Shown here piece after piece: positions 63,076 through 64,000 of a DNA stretch of 64,000 nt. Numbering within the stretch: the stretch's first letter is position 1; each line of letters begins with the position of its first letter. The position numbers were made by a program, and so were the translations under genes. Under the pieces are notes generated by a model. The model saw nothing but the letters and a program-made list of their open reading frames with translations. It ran no database searches and was not told the DNA's origin. Location: NCBI GenBank assembly GCA_043822065.1, contig JBDRCC010000001.1, positions 19,332 through 83,331 of the forward strand, read 5' to 3'. The DNA is from an archaeon. GTDB lineage: Archaea; Undinarchaeota; CAZHTU01; JBDRCC01.

Positions 63076-64000
63076 CGCTGCTGCGACGAACGGGAACGTC
63101 AGCGTCGCGTCGGCTTCGACGAGGACGCTGTTCTTTTTGTTTTTGAGCTTGTTCCAGCTGACCGCCTCCTTTGGATGGGCGCCGGACAGCGAACCGTCAT
63201 ACTGCGTCCCTGTCGAGAGGTAAATTGCATAGTCGAGCCCGTCGCGCAGGATGGCTGCGCCGATTAGGTGGTGCTTTGAAATGCCGCCGCCGAGGACTAC
63301 GCCTGCGATTTTGTCAGGGCCCAGCACGAGCTGGTAGAACCGGTTCAGGTCGGTGGTGGTGTCGACAATCAGCGGCTCCTTCTTGTTCTGGTTGAAGAAG
63401 AACAGGTGGTCGCCCATCGCGCCGTCGACAAAGCCCGGGCAGAAGATTGGTATGCCGTTCTTTGATGCCTGGCAAAGGACAGAATGCTTATCAGTGAGCT
63501 TTTTGCCCATCCTAAAGATGTATTCGCTCGCAGGAATCAGCTTTTTTTCGGAGTATATTTCTTTTATGAAGGCATTATGCCAGTCCTCAAAGTCGCAGTA
63601 GTGCTTGTCCGGGACATAGATGTTTCCAAGGCGGTTCATGGAGTTTGCCTTGACTTCCGCGTCGTCAGCCTCAAAGTCCCCGAGAAGGAATGGGCTCATG
63701 GTCTTGATGACGTCCTCCTCGATTGCGCCGGTTGTGGTAACGATTGCCGTAATGAGCTTTTTTTCGCAGAGCTGGGCGATAATCTCCCTAAGCCCGCTCG
63801 AGACCATGTTTGAGGTGCAGGTCAGGAAAATCGCGCATTTTTCCTTCTTTATTTCATCGACAAGCTCGCAGGCGCGCCCGAGCTCGGACGCCTGGAAGCC
63901 GAGGCGCTTGAACCTGCTGGCGTAGCCGCCAAGGAGGGTCGGGTCAAATCCTTTTATCTTGTCCAGGCTGGCAATGTCTATGCTCCCGCTTGATTTTTTC
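63064..64000 (-). CDS. Deoxyhypusine synthase, 5' end outside window
   Basis: GFQASELG, TSNMVSSGLRE, GAIEED, NRLGN, DGAMGD, GGGISKHH, DGSLSGA..EAVSWNK; frame is open to the window edge. Confidence 0.88.
   Translation of the reverse strand, partial: KKSSGSIDIASLDKIKGFDPTLLGGYASRFKRLGFQASELGRACELVDEIKKEKCAIFLTCTSNMVSSGLREIIAQLCEKKLITAIVTTTGAIEEDVIKTMSPFLLGDFEADDAEVKANSMNRLGNIYVPDKHYCDFEDWHNAFIKEIYSEKKLIPASEYIFRMGKKLTDKHSVLCQASKNGIPIFCPGFVDGAMGDHLFFFNQNKKEPLIVDTTTDLNRFYQLVLGPDKIAGVVLGGGISKHHLIGAAILRDGLDYAIYLSTGTQYDGSLSGAHPKEAVSWNKLKNKKNSVLVEADATLTFPFVAAALLG

Overview
Archaeal chromosomal window (TATA-type promoters, aCCA-adding enzyme, PCNA, Rpo11, TFS, L1-P0-P1 operon, CarS, Tyw1). The lineage cannot be fixed from sequence alone. 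The backbone is GC-rich and carries mevalonate and ether-lipid genes, argS, alaS, an arginine catabolic cluster (ArcE-like, carbamate kinase, OTCase), a non-oxidative pentose phosphate operon, tRNA-processing genes, surface proteins and four tRNAs (Pro-CGG, Arg-GCG, Arg-TCG, Arg-TCT with a non-canonical 29/30 intron). Three AT-rich inserts interrupt it. (1) A Fic gene preceded by repeated palindromes. (2) A ~7.7 kb island next to an ABC exporter that looks like an undescribed archaeal RiPP system: two B12-dependent radical SAM enzymes, a radical SAM/SPASM enzyme, a SelO-like kinase-fold protein, an M29 aminopeptidase and two short peptides sharing a leader-like motif; one peptide (31872..32003) is missing from the ORF track. 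(3) A free-standing LAGLIDADG endonuclease that appears to have replaced the 5' end of tyw1. Also notable: related ~90-105 bp elements bounded by tRNA 3'-end duplications behind two tRNA-Arg genes, a K-turn over the rpl1 ribosome-binding site, and a repeat- and hairpin-rich ~670 bp intergenic region. All calls come from manual motif reading; no database searches were run.
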